The notes: generated from the sequence alone by a model not told the origin. A stretch of 64,000 nucleotides of DNA from Brevinematales bacterium (GCA_013177895.1 JABLXV010000007.1:23992-87991), one strand, 5' to 3'. Shown: positions 1 through 10,077, numbered from the stretch's first letter. Numbers and translations: made by a program.

Positions 1-1133
1 ACGACCGTGCTCCATACGGCGCTCGAGTCGATCTTATTGAACGCGCCGGCGTCCAGCGCGAGGTAAATCCCCTCGATGCCGGAAATCGTATCGGACGCGG
101 CTCCGTTAACGGACACCGAGGTATTGGTGATGACCGCGTTCGCGAGAGGCGCGACGACTGTCACGACCGGCTTGGTATTGTCGTATATCACTTTGCGGAT
201 TTCGCTGAAATTCGTCTTATACTGATAGGTGATGACCCGCGCTTGGATAGTGTTCGTCCCGCCCTGCAGCGGAACATCGATCGTCCATGTCGCCGAGCCG
301 TTGGTGGACTGGTAGACGCCGTTGACGCTTACCCCGACCGACAGCAGGCTGACGCCTGTCGCGCCGGCGGTACCGGAAACCGCGATATGGTTCTCGCCCG
401 TGGTGTAATAGGAGACCGGCGAGCCGATCAAAATATACGGAAGGCCGGACTGGTAGTTGACCACCACCGCCGTTACCCCGGAAATGTTCCCGGCATAATC
501 TTCGGCATAAACTTTATTGGTATGAATCCCCGTGGTCTGGAGCGATACGTTCGCCGACCAGCTGGTATTCTCAAAATCGGCCTGTAAGTATGACCCGTTA
601 TCGGTCTTCATATAGACGTGTTTCACGCCCGTGCCCGCGTCCGCCACCATACCCGAGATGGTATACATCGACGGCACGACCTGATTATTGGTCGGCGACA
701 CGATGGATATCACGGGAGGAACATTATCCGCCGTACCGAACTCGCCCACTTCTATCATGATGGATTGTGAGTCGGCGTTAGTCCCGGCGAGGTTCTTCGC
801 GGACGCCCACACCTGATACACCCCGTAATCCGGGAAGGTAATATTATAGAAGAAAGATGATAGAACTCCCGGGATAATCGGTATTTCCATCGATTTCTCG
901 ATACCGTCGTTGGTCAGGAAATAGTGGATTTCCATCGACGCGATACCGCCGAGGTCGTATGCGCTCGCGGATACGATAAAGTTCGAATTCACCTGCGACC
1001 CGTTCGTGGGTTTCGCGAGATTGACGTAGGGAATCCCAGCTTTGGACTGGGTGAATATATCTTTACCCAGTTCGCAGGACGCGAACGCCGCCCCCATCGC
1101 CAGAGCTAAAATAATCCTGAATATTTTTTTCAT
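1..1133 (-). CDS. Surface lipoprotein with tandem Ig-like domains (N-terminal part only; the 3' end runs off the window)
   Basis: This ORF is not in the ORF track because it runs off the edge. My own translation from the ATG at 1133-1131 gives MKKIFRIILALAMGAAFASC, a signal peptide plus lipobox. Repeats follow, such as VISIVSPTNNQVV..GTGVKHVYMK..SWSANVSL..GIHTNKVYAEDYAGN. These match the stalk repeats of the two upstream GH13 lipoproteins. I saw no stop codon down to position 1. The start lies 23 nt downstream of the preceding gene's stop. Confidence 0.65.
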   Translation of the reverse strand, partial: MKKIFRIILALAMGAAFASCELGKDIFTQSKAGIPYVNLAKPTNGSQVNSNFIVSASAYDLGGIASMEIHYFLTNDGIEKSMEIPIIPGVLSSFFYNITFPDYGVYQVWASAKNLAGTNADSQSIMIEVGEFGTADNVPPVISIVSPTNNQVVPSMYTISGMVADAGTGVKHVYMKTDNGSYLQADFENTSWSANVSLQTTGIHTNKVYAEDYAGNISGVTAVVVNYQSGLPYILIGSPVSYYTTGENHIAVSGTAGATGVSLLSVGVSVNGVYQSTNGSATWTIDVPLQGGTNTIQARVITYQYKTNFSEIRKVIYDNTKPVVTVVAPLANAVITNTSVSVNGAASDTISGIEGIYLALDAGAFNKIDSSAVWSTV

Positions 1134-1156
1134 TATCATACTCCTCACTCCGCCGA

Positions 1157-4100
1157 TTATCGAACTTTCATATAAATAACAGCCGAATTCGCCCCGACCG
1201 TAAGGTTCGCGCCTAAGGTGGTGACACTGATGTCCTGCCCGGCTATCCCGTTCGGGTTGACCTGCGTTTCGCTCGCTACTTTCTTCCATGTCCCGTTCTC
1301 GGGGAAGCCCACCCATACGGTCTTGCTGTTATAACGGTCGAAGTTCAGGAGGACGACGAATATATCGTCGGCCGGCGTCGGCGAGCCCAGACTATACCCG
1401 ACCACCATCGTGTCCTTACCCGCTTCCCACGGTTTATACTGGAATGCGAAATAGGCTTCGGTCGGCTGACGCAGCGCGGGATTAAACTTGCGCAGTTTCA
1501 GTATTCCCGCATAATATTGATAAATATCGTTGTAGGTAGTGTATCCGCTCCAGTCCAGCGGAAGTTCGTCGATATCCTGACCCTCGCGCGCGCGGAGGAA
1601 TTCCTGTCCCATCCATATCATCGGATTACCCAGCGAGGTCGCAAGCATGACGACCGCCAGACGCGTGCGCGCCTTCTTGGTGCCGTCGTCGTATCCGGCA
1701 AACCCGAACAGACGCCCGAGCGTGTCCTCGTCATGGCTTTCCACATAATTCAACGATTCCACGGGGCTTCCGGCCCATCCGTCATCCTTTCCGTAGAAGA
1801 TATACTTGGTCATCGTATTTGCGGTCGCCCCGTTCCATCCGCATAACGCGTTGACGCCGTTATCGTGGTATCCGTCCGACCACTGCGCGCCCCATGTCTT
1901 CAGATCGGACTGGTTCGGCAGGTTCTCATAGACGAAGTAGACGTTCGGATCGATTGCCATCGCGTAACTCTTCAGTTCGTAGATAAAACCGTGATCCATG
2001 AAGTCGGTGTGGGTGGCGTCGTAACGGAAGCCGTCCACATGGCACTCGTTCATAAAGTACTCTATGGTATCTTTACCTAATCTCTTCACGATATCGCTCG
2101 CGGTATAAAGTTTATTTCCCCACGGCGTCGTTCCGCTGAAGTAGCTCACGTTGTCGATAGTCCACAGCCAGTTATCGTTATTCGCGGTATGGTTGAACAC
2201 CATATCGATAATAACCGCGACCCCGTACTGGTGGCATGCGTTCACCATCTGCTTGAACTCGTTGAGTCCGTCCTGCCCCTGCGAGGGGTTCTGGGCGTAT
2301 CCGCTCTCTACCGACATATACAGCGAGGTGTTATATCCCCACGAGTACCCGGCGTCGGGGAATTCCGACGGGGGCATCAGCTCGACCGCGGTAATACCGA
2401 GGTTGGTCAGGTAGGTCAGTTTGTCGACTATACCGAGGTACTTTCCCTTATGCGCCGCGGGAACAGTCGAGTCGGCGGAGGTGAAGTCCTTCGGGTGCAG
2501 TTCGTACACTATGTAATATGACCACCCGGGGCGGCTCCATGAGCCGTCAGTCCACGCATAAGCCTGGTCGCAGACGACGCTGCTGCCCGATGAATAACGG
2601 TTGTATTTCGCGTACGGGTCGGCAACCGGCGTGCTGCCGCCGGTACGCTTGATACCGATAAATTTATATTCACTGCCCGCGCTCACTCCGGGAATGAACG
2701 CCCACCAGACATCGGTGTTCGCCCCGCTGGTGATACGCGTCAATGGGGTCTGCCCCCATCCGTTGAAGTCGCCGGTCACATAAACCGCGCTGACTACCGC
2801 ATCTTTCCACCAGATGGAGAATTCCACGCCGTCGTTAAAGAGATTCGCGCCGAGCTTACCGGTGTAGGATCCGGGCCAGTCCGAGCCGCTACCGGTCTTC
2901 CGGACGACATGCACAAACTTATGCGTGCTCTGCTGGGACGAGCCCTGCGCGTAAACTTCTATCGTATTCGTTCCCATATCGAGGGATACGTTCTTTAACC
3001 ATGACAGGGTGCCGGTCGCCAGAACAAATCCGCCGGCATTAACTTTAACATAGACTCCGGTCAGTCCGCCGCCCGCCGCGGTACCCATAATATTCAGGGT
3101 ATCGCTTGTTACCTCACGGTAATCCGTAGGCGAGGAGATATTCACGGTCGGTAGTGACACGTCCTCCGGGTTGGAGTCGTACCATTGGTTATTCGTCCAA
3201 TACCACCCGTCGCCGGTTCTTTGAAGGTCGGCGGTCTGGTAAAGCACATTCGTGCCGGACACGTTTTTGAACAGACAACTGGTCGAAGTCCGGTCGTTCA
3301 TATAGTAGGAATACCACCCGCTGCCGATACTCGTCATCGCGGGACAGCTCGCCCATACCGAACCGGTAGGCCAGTAATGAATATACGCGCCCGCCCAGAC
3401 AGCCGGTTTCTTGAAGTAGACCGTCATGCCCGTACCGGAATTATTCTTAATCACTTTTATGGAATTGGTCGTACTCTTATTGCCCGCCGCATCCTGGGAA
3501 TACGCTTTAATCGTATTGGTTCCCAAAACGAGCGCGACATTTTTACTCCATGAAGTCGTCCCGGTCGCGGCGGCGAAAGCCCCGGTATTAACCGCGACAT
3601 AAACCGAAGTAACAGCCTTATTATCACTCGCAGTACCGGAAACATCGATAGCCGCGTTGGTAGTAGAAATATTGTTCACGGGAGATGTAATACTGATCTC
3701 GGGGCGCGTGGTGTCGGGCGCGGCAACCGTGATGCTGATCTGGTTCGTAGCGCTGACAAGACCCACCTTATCCACCGAGTAAACATAGAGTGTGTATGCC
3801 CCGTCGGGAAGCGTCACCGACTTGCTCCATGAGGTCGTCCCGGTCACCGGGACGAACCCGGAATTGACCGCGAGATATACCTTGGAGATGCCGCTGCCGA
3901 GCGCCCCGTCGGACGCAGAGCCGGTAATCGTAAAGGATGCCGCCGCGACAGTCGCGCCGCCGGACGGATAGGTAAACGATGCCGTCGGTTTGGTCGTATC
4001 GCGGAGTATTTTCACTACCGGGGACGTGTTCGACTTGCCGCTCGACGCGATCGCGAGGGCGGTAAACGAGTTCGTGCCTTCCGTCAGCGGGACGCCGTTG

Positions 4101-4975
4101 GTATTCCATGCCGTATTGCCGACGCTTGTGAAACCGTTAGCATTCACTTTGAGTTTTACCGAAGTAATAGTATATCCCGATACCGCCGCGGTTCCGGCAA
4201 CGTTGATGGAAGTCAAATTCGTAGCGATCCCGCTGACAGGCGACGTGATGGTCACCGAGGGATTTCCCGCGATATAGTTAACGGTTACCATATTGGTAGT
4301 CGAGATATTGTTCGACATATCGATACCGTAGACGCGTATCGTATGCGCGCCGGTCGCTGAGAGCGCGATATTCGTCGACCATGCGCTGCCCGCTACCGAC
4401 ACGGGAGTGAATCCGCCGCCGTCGAGCTTGAGGTACACGGCCTTGATGCCGGACTTGTCATCGGTCGCGATACCTGACGCGGTAATCGCATTCCCGACTA
4501 TCTGGTTATTGGTCGGCGAGGTAATCGAGACTACCGGGGCGACCTTATCGTAATCGTTGGTATTCGTAATAAACATCTGGACGATATAAACGAATACTTT
4601 CGGGCTATAAGCGAATTCATTCTGTGTATTGATAGCCTCCGCCCAGAGGTAATAGTACCCGCCGTTGGATATCGCGATATCGCCCTCGAAGGTCGAGAGC
4701 GTACCGGAATAAACCGTCGTCGGGAACACGTTAGTCGGCCCGCCGTAGATGACCGAGGCTTTTATCAGCACCGCGCTGACTCCCGCCTCGTCGTAGCAGG
4801 TTCCCGACACATGCCCGTTGATATATACCAACTGGTTATTAGTCGGGTCGCTGATAGCGGCTACCCCCGCGGAAAGTTTATTCAGTACATCGCGGCCGAT
4901 TTCGCAGGACATCATTGTCCATCCCGCTGTAAAAATTACCAGTGCCGCGGATATTTTCTTCATCATTCCTTTCAT
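1157..4975 (-). CDS. Cell-surface GH13 alpha-glucan enzyme: lipoprotein signal, Ig-like stalk, CBM25/26-like starch-binding module, CBM48-like module and a GH13 catalytic domain of pullulanase/debranching type
   Basis: The ORF is 1272 aa, with an ATG preceded by AAGGAG. It has the lipobox TAGWTMMSC and repeated units of about 90 aa (SITSPTNNQIV.., TITSPVSG.., ISITSPVNN..). The segment MTVYFKKPAVWAGAYIHYWP resembles a starch-binding module. VEFSIWWKDA..VYVTGDFNGW..SEYKF resembles CBM48. GH13 conserved regions are GITAVELMP, AVIIDMVFNHT, DGFRYDATH, YVYENL and YVESHDE. Confidence 0.85.
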   Translation of the reverse strand: MKGMMKKISAALVIFTAGWTMMSCEIGRDVLNKLSAGVAAISDPTNNQLVYINGHVSGTCYDEAGVSAVLIKASVIYGGPTNVFPTTVYSGTLSTFEGDIAISNGGYYYLWAEAINTQNEFAYSPKVFVYIVQMFITNTNDYDKVAPVVSITSPTNNQIVGNAITASGIATDDKSGIKAVYLKLDGGGFTPVSVAGSAWSTNIALSATGAHTIRVYGIDMSNNISTTNMVTVNYIAGNPSVTITSPVSGIATNLTSINVAGTAAVSGYTITSVKLKVNANGFTSVGNTAWNTNGVPLTEGTNSFTALAIASSGKSNTSPVVKILRDTTKPTASFTYPSGGATVAAASFTITGSASDGALGSGISKVYLAVNSGFVPVTGTTSWSKSVTLPDGAYTLYVYSVDKVGLVSATNQISITVAAPDTTRPEISITSPVNNISTTNAAIDVSGTASDNKAVTSVYVAVNTGAFAAATGTTSWSKNVALVLGTNTIKAYSQDAAGNKSTTNSIKVIKNNSGTGMTVYFKKPAVWAGAYIHYWPTGSVWASCPAMTSIGSGWYSYYMNDRTSTSCLFKNVSGTNVLYQTADLQRTGDGWYWTNNQWYDSNPEDVSLPTVNISSPTDYREVTSDTLNIMGTAAGGGLTGVYVKVNAGGFVLATGTLSWLKNVSLDMGTNTIEVYAQGSSQQSTHKFVHVVRKTGSGSDWPGSYTGKLGANLFNDGVEFSIWWKDAVVSAVYVTGDFNGWGQTPLTRITSGANTDVWWAFIPGVSAGSEYKFIGIKRTGGSTPVADPYAKYNRYSSGSSVVCDQAYAWTDGSWSRPGWSYYIVYELHPKDFTSADSTVPAAHKGKYLGIVDKLTYLTNLGITAVELMPPSEFPDAGYSWGYNTSLYMSVESGYAQNPSQGQDGLNEFKQMVNACHQYGVAVIIDMVFNHTANNDNWLWTIDNVSYFSGTTPWGNKLYTASDIVKRLGKDTIEYFMNECHVDGFRYDATHTDFMDHGFIYELKSYAMAIDPNVYFVYENLPNQSDLKTWGAQWSDGYHDNGVNALCGWNGATANTMTKYIFYGKDDGWAGSPVESLNYVESHDEDTLGRLFGFAGYDDGTKKARTRLAVVMLATSLGNPMIWMGQEFLRAREGQDIDELPLDWSGYTTYNDIYQYYAGILKLRKFNPALRQPTEAYFAFQYKPWEAGKDTMVVGYSLGSPTPADDIFVVLLNFDRYNSKTVWVGFPENGTWKKVASETQVNPNGIAGQDISVTTLGANLTVGANSAVIYMKVR

Positions 4976-4992
4976 GTATGACTCCTTTCTAA

Positions 4993-7900
4993 TTATTGAA
5001 GGTAGGGGCTGGTCAACCCTACATCCGACAGCTTAAACGTACCGTTCAGGACATATACCCTGAGGTTACCCTGACCCGAACAGTTGACGGTGATGGAGCC
5101 GCCGTTAGCGATACTCTTCACATCGCCGGTCACTATATCTTTATAGGTTCCGCCGGGGAGGTTGTTAAAGGTCGCCCCGCCGGATATAGCTACGATACAG
5201 AAGCTGTCGACTCCGCCTACGGTGAAGCGTTTTTTAAACGCCAGGCCGCCGGAGACGTTCTCGGTGGAATACTGCCCTTTCTGGAGAGCCGGCACATGAT
5301 GGCGTATCCAGTTGAGACACTGTATATGTTTGGCGAGCGGGTAATTCAGCGTATTCGCCATCTCTCCGGTCGCGTTATTCCATACCGCGAAATCGGTAAC
5401 ATTAACGCTGCCCTCGATATGCGCGCCGAAGTACGCGCGGCCGGTGTTTTCGAGAGGCATATTCGGGCCGACGTCGATAGGACAGCCCTTCTTAAACTCG
5501 ATTTCCGACCCGTAGAAGATACACGGTATGCCGCGGAATGTGAACATCAGGGAAAGGTTCTCCGCCCATGTCGCCTGCGATCCCACGAAACGTTTCGTGC
5601 TGTCCGGCGAATCCGGCGCGTAATCGTGCGAGTCCACATAGGTCACGTTCCATGTCGCGTCGTTATAGGTATAATCCCACCCGTGTACGCCCCATGCCGT
5701 CCCGGCATCCTGGAAATTCCAATGCATGCAGAAGTCGATGACCTCTAATCCGGAGGACTTCGAGTAATCCGGGGTATGGTAGTTATTCCCGTAGAGTAAA
5801 TGGTTATCGCTGGACTGCTGCGAGCCCGGGTCGATATTGTCGTACCAGCATGCGTATGCCGCGTCGGTATCGCTCATCCCGTCGTAGTTATGGTTTTCCT
5901 TCCACGTATAGAACGGGGGCGAAACCGGCGGAAGGTTATTATTCCAAATCTGGCGGTAACGCGAGCAGACCTCGCCGAAGATGAAGAAGTTCGGCCCGCC
6001 GCGAAGTTTGAACGCCGGAATAAAGTACTTATTGAAGATGAAGCGGCTGATATGCTTGACCGTATCCACACGGAAAGCGTCCACTCCCATATCGATCATT
6101 TTATTATAAGCGTCGATCAGGTACTGGCGTGTCACGGGATTTTCCGTATTGAAGTCCTGGCAGTCGCCCGCTATAGACGTACTCTGCACGGTATAGCCTT
6201 CCCAGTCTCCGCACCAGCCCTTATGATAGAGCGGGCTGTTCTGTATCTGGGTGAAACGGCTGACATACTGTTCGTTCGGGGTAAGGGTATAATCGTTGGT
6301 CGGGGTAAACAGTCCGACCGCGCCCCAGTTCCCGGAATGGTTCAGCACGATGTCGACCACGAGCTTGATATCCCTCGCGTGACATTCGTTAATCAGTCTC
6401 TGGAGGTCGTATCCGGCCGATTCATAACGGGGATCGACGATAGTAAAGTCATACCCGTGATACCCGTGATAATCGTAACCGCTCATATTCTGTATGACAG
6501 GGGTGATCCAGACCGCGCTGAAACCGAGCGCTTTGATATAGTCGAGCTTCTCGATCAAGCCCTTAAAGTCGCCTCTCCATGACGGGTCGTTGGGATAGTT
6601 CCCGGCATGCTCGTCATCCCATCCGAACGCGTTGTTCGCGGGATCGCCGTCATAGAAGCGGGTTGTAATCAAGAAATAGATCGTCTCCTCGCGGAAGTCG
6701 CCGCGCGGGAGTATATTCGCGACAGTCACCTTAACCGTATCGCTATGAGTAGCCCCGGCGTCGTCGCGGACAGTCAGCGTCCAAGTGAACGGACTGCCGT
6801 TCGTATCGGTATAGGTATAAACCGGCGATACGCCGCTCAGGGTATGCCCCGCGCCGTCCGTCCATGTATAGGATACGATTGTCCCGTTGGGATCGTATGA
6901 CTGCGCGCCGTTAAACTGTAACGGCAGGCCGGACACCGCGAAGATATCGCTTCCGGCATTCGCTACAGGCGGCACGTTCGCGTTCACAGTGGAGACCGTC
7001 ACTACCGCCGATACCGTGGAGTTCATCACGTCGTACGCCTTCGCGGTCAACTGGTGCGAACCGTTGGCGACAAACGCGCTGTTCCATGTAATCGAATAAG
7101 GCGCGGTCGTATCGTTGGTAATCAGCTTATTATCGACATAGAACTCGACCTTAGTCACCCCGATATTGTCGGATGCATCGGCCGAAACGGTAACATTACC
7201 GGTAAGGCCGGTGGCGCCGTTCGCGGGAGCGGTCAGGCTCACGGTCGGGGGCACCGTATCGTCGGGGTTCTGGTCGTACCATACCCCTTCTTTATACCAA
7301 CCCTCTTTATCGCGGGTCAGGTCTACCGATTGGGGAGAACCGTTGTTATTGAAGACAATTTTAGCATAAGTCTGGTTGGTGAGCACATAGTAATACCAGT
7401 CGCCGCCTTCGCTCGCCATCAGCTTGCCCGGCCATGTGGTCGCGAGCGCGCCGGGAAGCGTAGCCCAGTAATGGATATATGCTTTCGTCCATGACGTAGG
7501 TTTCTTGAAATGCACCGCCAGTCCGGGAGCCTGCTGCTGAGGCTGAATAGTAATATTAACCGTCCTGATCGCGCTGGTGTTCCCGGCCTTATCCTTCGAA
7601 TAAACCTGTATGGTATAGGTGTTCGGCGGAAGCGACGTGGTGAACGACCAGTTCGCCGAGGAAGAAACTTTTACAAAATCTCCGCCGGTGGAGAGATAGA
7701 TTCCCTCCAAACCGGTGCCGGTGTCGGCGGCAGTCCCGGAGAAAGTGATATTCTGGTTCTGGGTGGCATACCCGTCGGAGGGAGACGAGATAGCCGCGGT
7801 GGGAGCCTGCGTATCGAGAATAACCTTGACGGACGGCGAAACCGCTGTCTTGGTATTCGCGGCGGTCGCGCGGGCGATCAGTACGTTCGTACCTTCGGAA

Positions 7901-8784
7901 AGAACTACGCTATTGGTCATCCAGTCGGTGTTGCCGACGTTTTTAAAGGAATTGGAATTTAATTTCAATTCTACCAATGTGATGGACGAACCCTCGACAG
8001 TAACCGAACCGCCCACGTTAATGGAAGCGAGCTTCACCATGGAGCCGTCGGCAGGCGAATCGATAACTATGGAAGGAGTACCGCTGTCATAGTTGACGTT
8101 GAGTGTATTGGTAGAGGTCGCGTTACCCGCGAGGTCGGCTGCGTAGACCTTCACCGTATGAAGGCCGGCCACAGTGACCGAGAGGTTGATCGACCAGATG
8201 CCGCCGTTCAGAGAGGCGGGCACGAAGGACTGGGAATCAAGTTTCACCCAGACATTTTTCACCCCGACCCCGTCGTCAGAGACGGAACCGTTGACCGTGA
8301 ACGTCGACCCGACGTTCTGGAAGTCGGAAGGCGCGAGGATTTCCAGTACCGGAGGCGTAATATCCTCTCCGCCCTGCATCACAGCCGCGGCGTTTACAAC
8401 AGGACTGTAAGCGGTCAGTCCCTCGGCATCCTGAACTTCGAGCCACATCTGGTATTTTCCGTATTCTATGAAATAATTGTCCCCCTGTATGATGGTCAGG
8501 GGATAACCGTCGAAATCAACGGTCAGCTTATTAGTCACGCCGCTGTTGGAAACAGTGTAGACCAGCTTGACGCGCTTTACTCCGCTCACATTATAAGTAC
8601 TCCCTAGGTAGGAGTAATTAAGAAGGAGCTGCTGATTATTGGTAGGACGGCTGAGAGTGACAACGAAAGGAAGTTGATCCGCGGGGATCAGCTTTTTCTG
8701 TAAAAGGTCTTCGACGGGGCCGCAGGACATCGCTAAAAAGGCAAAAACCGCGGCGAAGAAGATACGGGATACCTGATTTAACAT
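4993..8784 (-). CDS. Cell-surface GH13 alpha-amylase: lipoprotein signal, Ig-like stalk, starch-binding-like module, Big/PKD-like domains and a GH13 catalytic domain
   Basis: The ORF-track entry (4993..8814) begins at a TTG. I prefer the ATG at 8784, which has GGAGG 5 nt upstream and gives MLNQVSRIFFAAVFAFLAMSC (lipobox). It has stalk repeats paralogous to 1157..4975 and the module LAVHFKKPTSWTKAYIHYW. A PKD-like stretch reads VANAGSD..YDPNGTIVSYTW. GH13 regions are IYFLITTRFYDGDP, GDFKGLIEKLDYIKALGFSAVWITPV, YHGYHGYD, LVVDIVLNHSG, DAFRVDTVKHI, IFGEV and YVDSHD. Confidence 0.85.
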   Translation of the reverse strand: MLNQVSRIFFAAVFAFLAMSCGPVEDLLQKKLIPADQLPFVVTLSRPTNNQQLLLNYSYLGSTYNVSGVKRVKLVYTVSNSGVTNKLTVDFDGYPLTIIQGDNYFIEYGKYQMWLEVQDAEGLTAYSPVVNAAAVMQGGEDITPPVLEILAPSDFQNVGSTFTVNGSVSDDGVGVKNVWVKLDSQSFVPASLNGGIWSINLSVTVAGLHTVKVYAADLAGNATSTNTLNVNYDSGTPSIVIDSPADGSMVKLASINVGGSVTVEGSSITLVELKLNSNSFKNVGNTDWMTNSVVLSEGTNVLIARATAANTKTAVSPSVKVILDTQAPTAAISSPSDGYATQNQNITFSGTAADTGTGLEGIYLSTGGDFVKVSSSANWSFTTSLPPNTYTIQVYSKDKAGNTSAIRTVNITIQPQQQAPGLAVHFKKPTSWTKAYIHYWATLPGALATTWPGKLMASEGGDWYYYVLTNQTYAKIVFNNNGSPQSVDLTRDKEGWYKEGVWYDQNPDDTVPPTVSLTAPANGATGLTGNVTVSADASDNIGVTKVEFYVDNKLITNDTTAPYSITWNSAFVANGSHQLTAKAYDVMNSTVSAVVTVSTVNANVPPVANAGSDIFAVSGLPLQFNGAQSYDPNGTIVSYTWTDGAGHTLSGVSPVYTYTDTNGSPFTWTLTVRDDAGATHSDTVKVTVANILPRGDFREETIYFLITTRFYDGDPANNAFGWDDEHAGNYPNDPSWRGDFKGLIEKLDYIKALGFSAVWITPVIQNMSGYDYHGYHGYDFTIVDPRYESAGYDLQRLINECHARDIKLVVDIVLNHSGNWGAVGLFTPTNDYTLTPNEQYVSRFTQIQNSPLYHKGWCGDWEGYTVQSTSIAGDCQDFNTENPVTRQYLIDAYNKMIDMGVDAFRVDTVKHISRFIFNKYFIPAFKLRGGPNFFIFGEVCSRYRQIWNNNLPPVSPPFYTWKENHNYDGMSDTDAAYACWYDNIDPGSQQSSDNHLLYGNNYHTPDYSKSSGLEVIDFCMHWNFQDAGTAWGVHGWDYTYNDATWNVTYVDSHDYAPDSPDSTKRFVGSQATWAENLSLMFTFRGIPCIFYGSEIEFKKGCPIDVGPNMPLENTGRAYFGAHIEGSVNVTDFAVWNNATGEMANTLNYPLAKHIQCLNWIRHHVPALQKGQYSTENVSGGLAFKKRFTVGGVDSFCIVAISGGATFNNLPGGTYKDIVTGDVKSIANGGSITVNCSGQGNLRVYVLNGTFKLSDVGLTSPYLQ

Positions 8785-8814
8785 ACAAACCTCCGGAAAT
8801 GGCTGTAAGAACAA

Positions 8815-8866
8815 TGTAAACGCTTACATTTACCTATACTATAACACAAATTTACCTAGATTGCAA
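8815..8866 (-). promoter_or_regulatory. Candidate sigma70 promoter plus a LacI/CcpA-type (cre-like) palindromic operator upstream of the GH13 operon
   Basis: The minus strand reads TTGCAA (8866-8861), a 17-nt spacer, then TATAGT (8843-8838). The 14-mer TGTAAACGCTTACA (8815-8828) has one mismatched pair in its dyad and resembles the TGWAANCGNTNWCA class. It lies between the -10 box and the RBS of the amylase gene. Confidence 0.35.
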
Positions 8867-8913
8867 AAAATATTTAAATTATTTTTGTCCTTTCTATACA
8901 ATAGGCAACATGC

Positions 8914-10077
8914 TCAGTGCAATGTTGAGAGATATCCAGGTACTACGGTATTGGTATTCGTCAATGAATATATTTTCACCAAATCCCCTGTAACAATCAG
9001 AAGGTCGTTATAGGTGATCGCGTCATAGGTAACAAATCCCGTACTCATATTATAACGGGTAACCACCGCGGGATCGGATACGTTACATATCTCCACCCCG
9101 TTGTAGGAGTCGCAGATATAAGCATAATCCCCGCGTATCGAGAGCCCCTGCGGGTAAGACATCGGCGTCATACTGAGCACGGTCATATTGGTAAAATCGT
9201 TCAGATCGATAATTTCCAGCCTGTTCCACGGATACTCGCTGGCGTTCTGTAAAGTGACATAGGCGATATTCGACTGGACTACCACCGGATCCCACGCACG
9301 GACATGGATCATCTTCGATACATACTTCGGAGCCGCGGGATTCTGAAGGTCATAAATATAAACTCCGGTGCTCGCGCCGACGAACAGGAAATGGTCATAG
9401 GGGAAAAGGGTCTCCGCATCGGAATTCGGGATATACGCGGATGACGCTATCGGTACAGGATTGGTCGGATCAGCAAGGGAGAATCCCTTGATAACCTGCC
9501 CGTCCTTCAGCACATAAAGGTACTGGTTGTCATAGATCGCGAAACGGGAGGTCGAACCCCCTACCCCGAAACTCCCGGACGAATCCGCGGTCGCCGCGCC
9601 GACGTCGGGAATCCCGGAGCACATGCACCCGAATGCGGAATAATCGGAATAGTAGAGCGGGTATCCGTATTCGTCGAGATAAACTCCGTTAAAATAGTCG
9701 TAATTATAGGTAACAGCGTTGGAAATAACTTTCCTCAGCACGGGGTTCTGCACATCGGCGATATCGTAGACCATCAGGTTGCCGAAACTGTCGGCATAGA
9801 GTGCCGTACCGAGCACGGCGATATCGACATTATTGGATATCAGGATGAATTTCTCACGGACGGGCGCGGCGGGATTGGTGATCGAAAATACGTGCACCCC
9901 GACAAATTTATCGTTCACAAATAAGGTATCGCCCTGAATCCATATTTTCCCGGGCATCGTGATATTATTCGGGTCTATATAATAGGAAGGGCGCGGAGCG
10001 GACAGGCCGGTCAGAAGAAATACGCTGAATAAGAAAACAACCTTTGAAAGGGTTAATACCAGTTTCGAAATCTTCAT
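8914..10077 (-). CDS. LVIVD-repeat beta-propeller protein (secreted or membrane-anchored)
   Basis: The ORF is 387 aa with an ATG preceded by GAGGTG and an N-terminal hydrophobic signal. It has recurring blades: GVHVFSITNPAAPV, LMVYDIADVQNPV, GFSLADPTNPV, GVYIYDLQNPAAPK, LEIIDLNDFTNM and GVEICNVSDPAVV. These are typical of the LVIVD repeat family (COG5276-like). Confidence 0.6.
   Translation of the reverse strand: MKISKLVLTLSKVVFLFSVFLLTGLSAPRPSYYIDPNNITMPGKIWIQGDTLFVNDKFVGVHVFSITNPAAPVREKFILISNNVDIAVLGTALYADSFGNLMVYDIADVQNPVLRKVISNAVTYNYDYFNGVYLDEYGYPLYYSDYSAFGCMCSGIPDVGAATADSSGSFGVGGSTSRFAIYDNQYLYVLKDGQVIKGFSLADPTNPVPIASSAYIPNSDAETLFPYDHFLFVGASTGVYIYDLQNPAAPKYVSKMIHVRAWDPVVVQSNIAYVTLQNASEYPWNRLEIIDLNDFTNMTVLSMTPMSYPQGLSIRGDYAYICDSYNGVEICNVSDPAVVTRYNMSTGFVTYDAITYNDLLIVTGDLVKIYSLTNTNTVVPGYLSTLH

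Noticed and set aside
8785-8814. Longest-ORF starts add N-terminal extensions to several genes: 8814, 29860, 30135, 40478, 47260, 52252, 53193, 54573, 56776 and 58599.
   Set aside because: In each case a downstream ATG or GTG has a properly spaced Shine-Dalgarno sequence. That start gives a sensible signal peptide or conserved N-terminus. Several of the extensions run into repeat elements.
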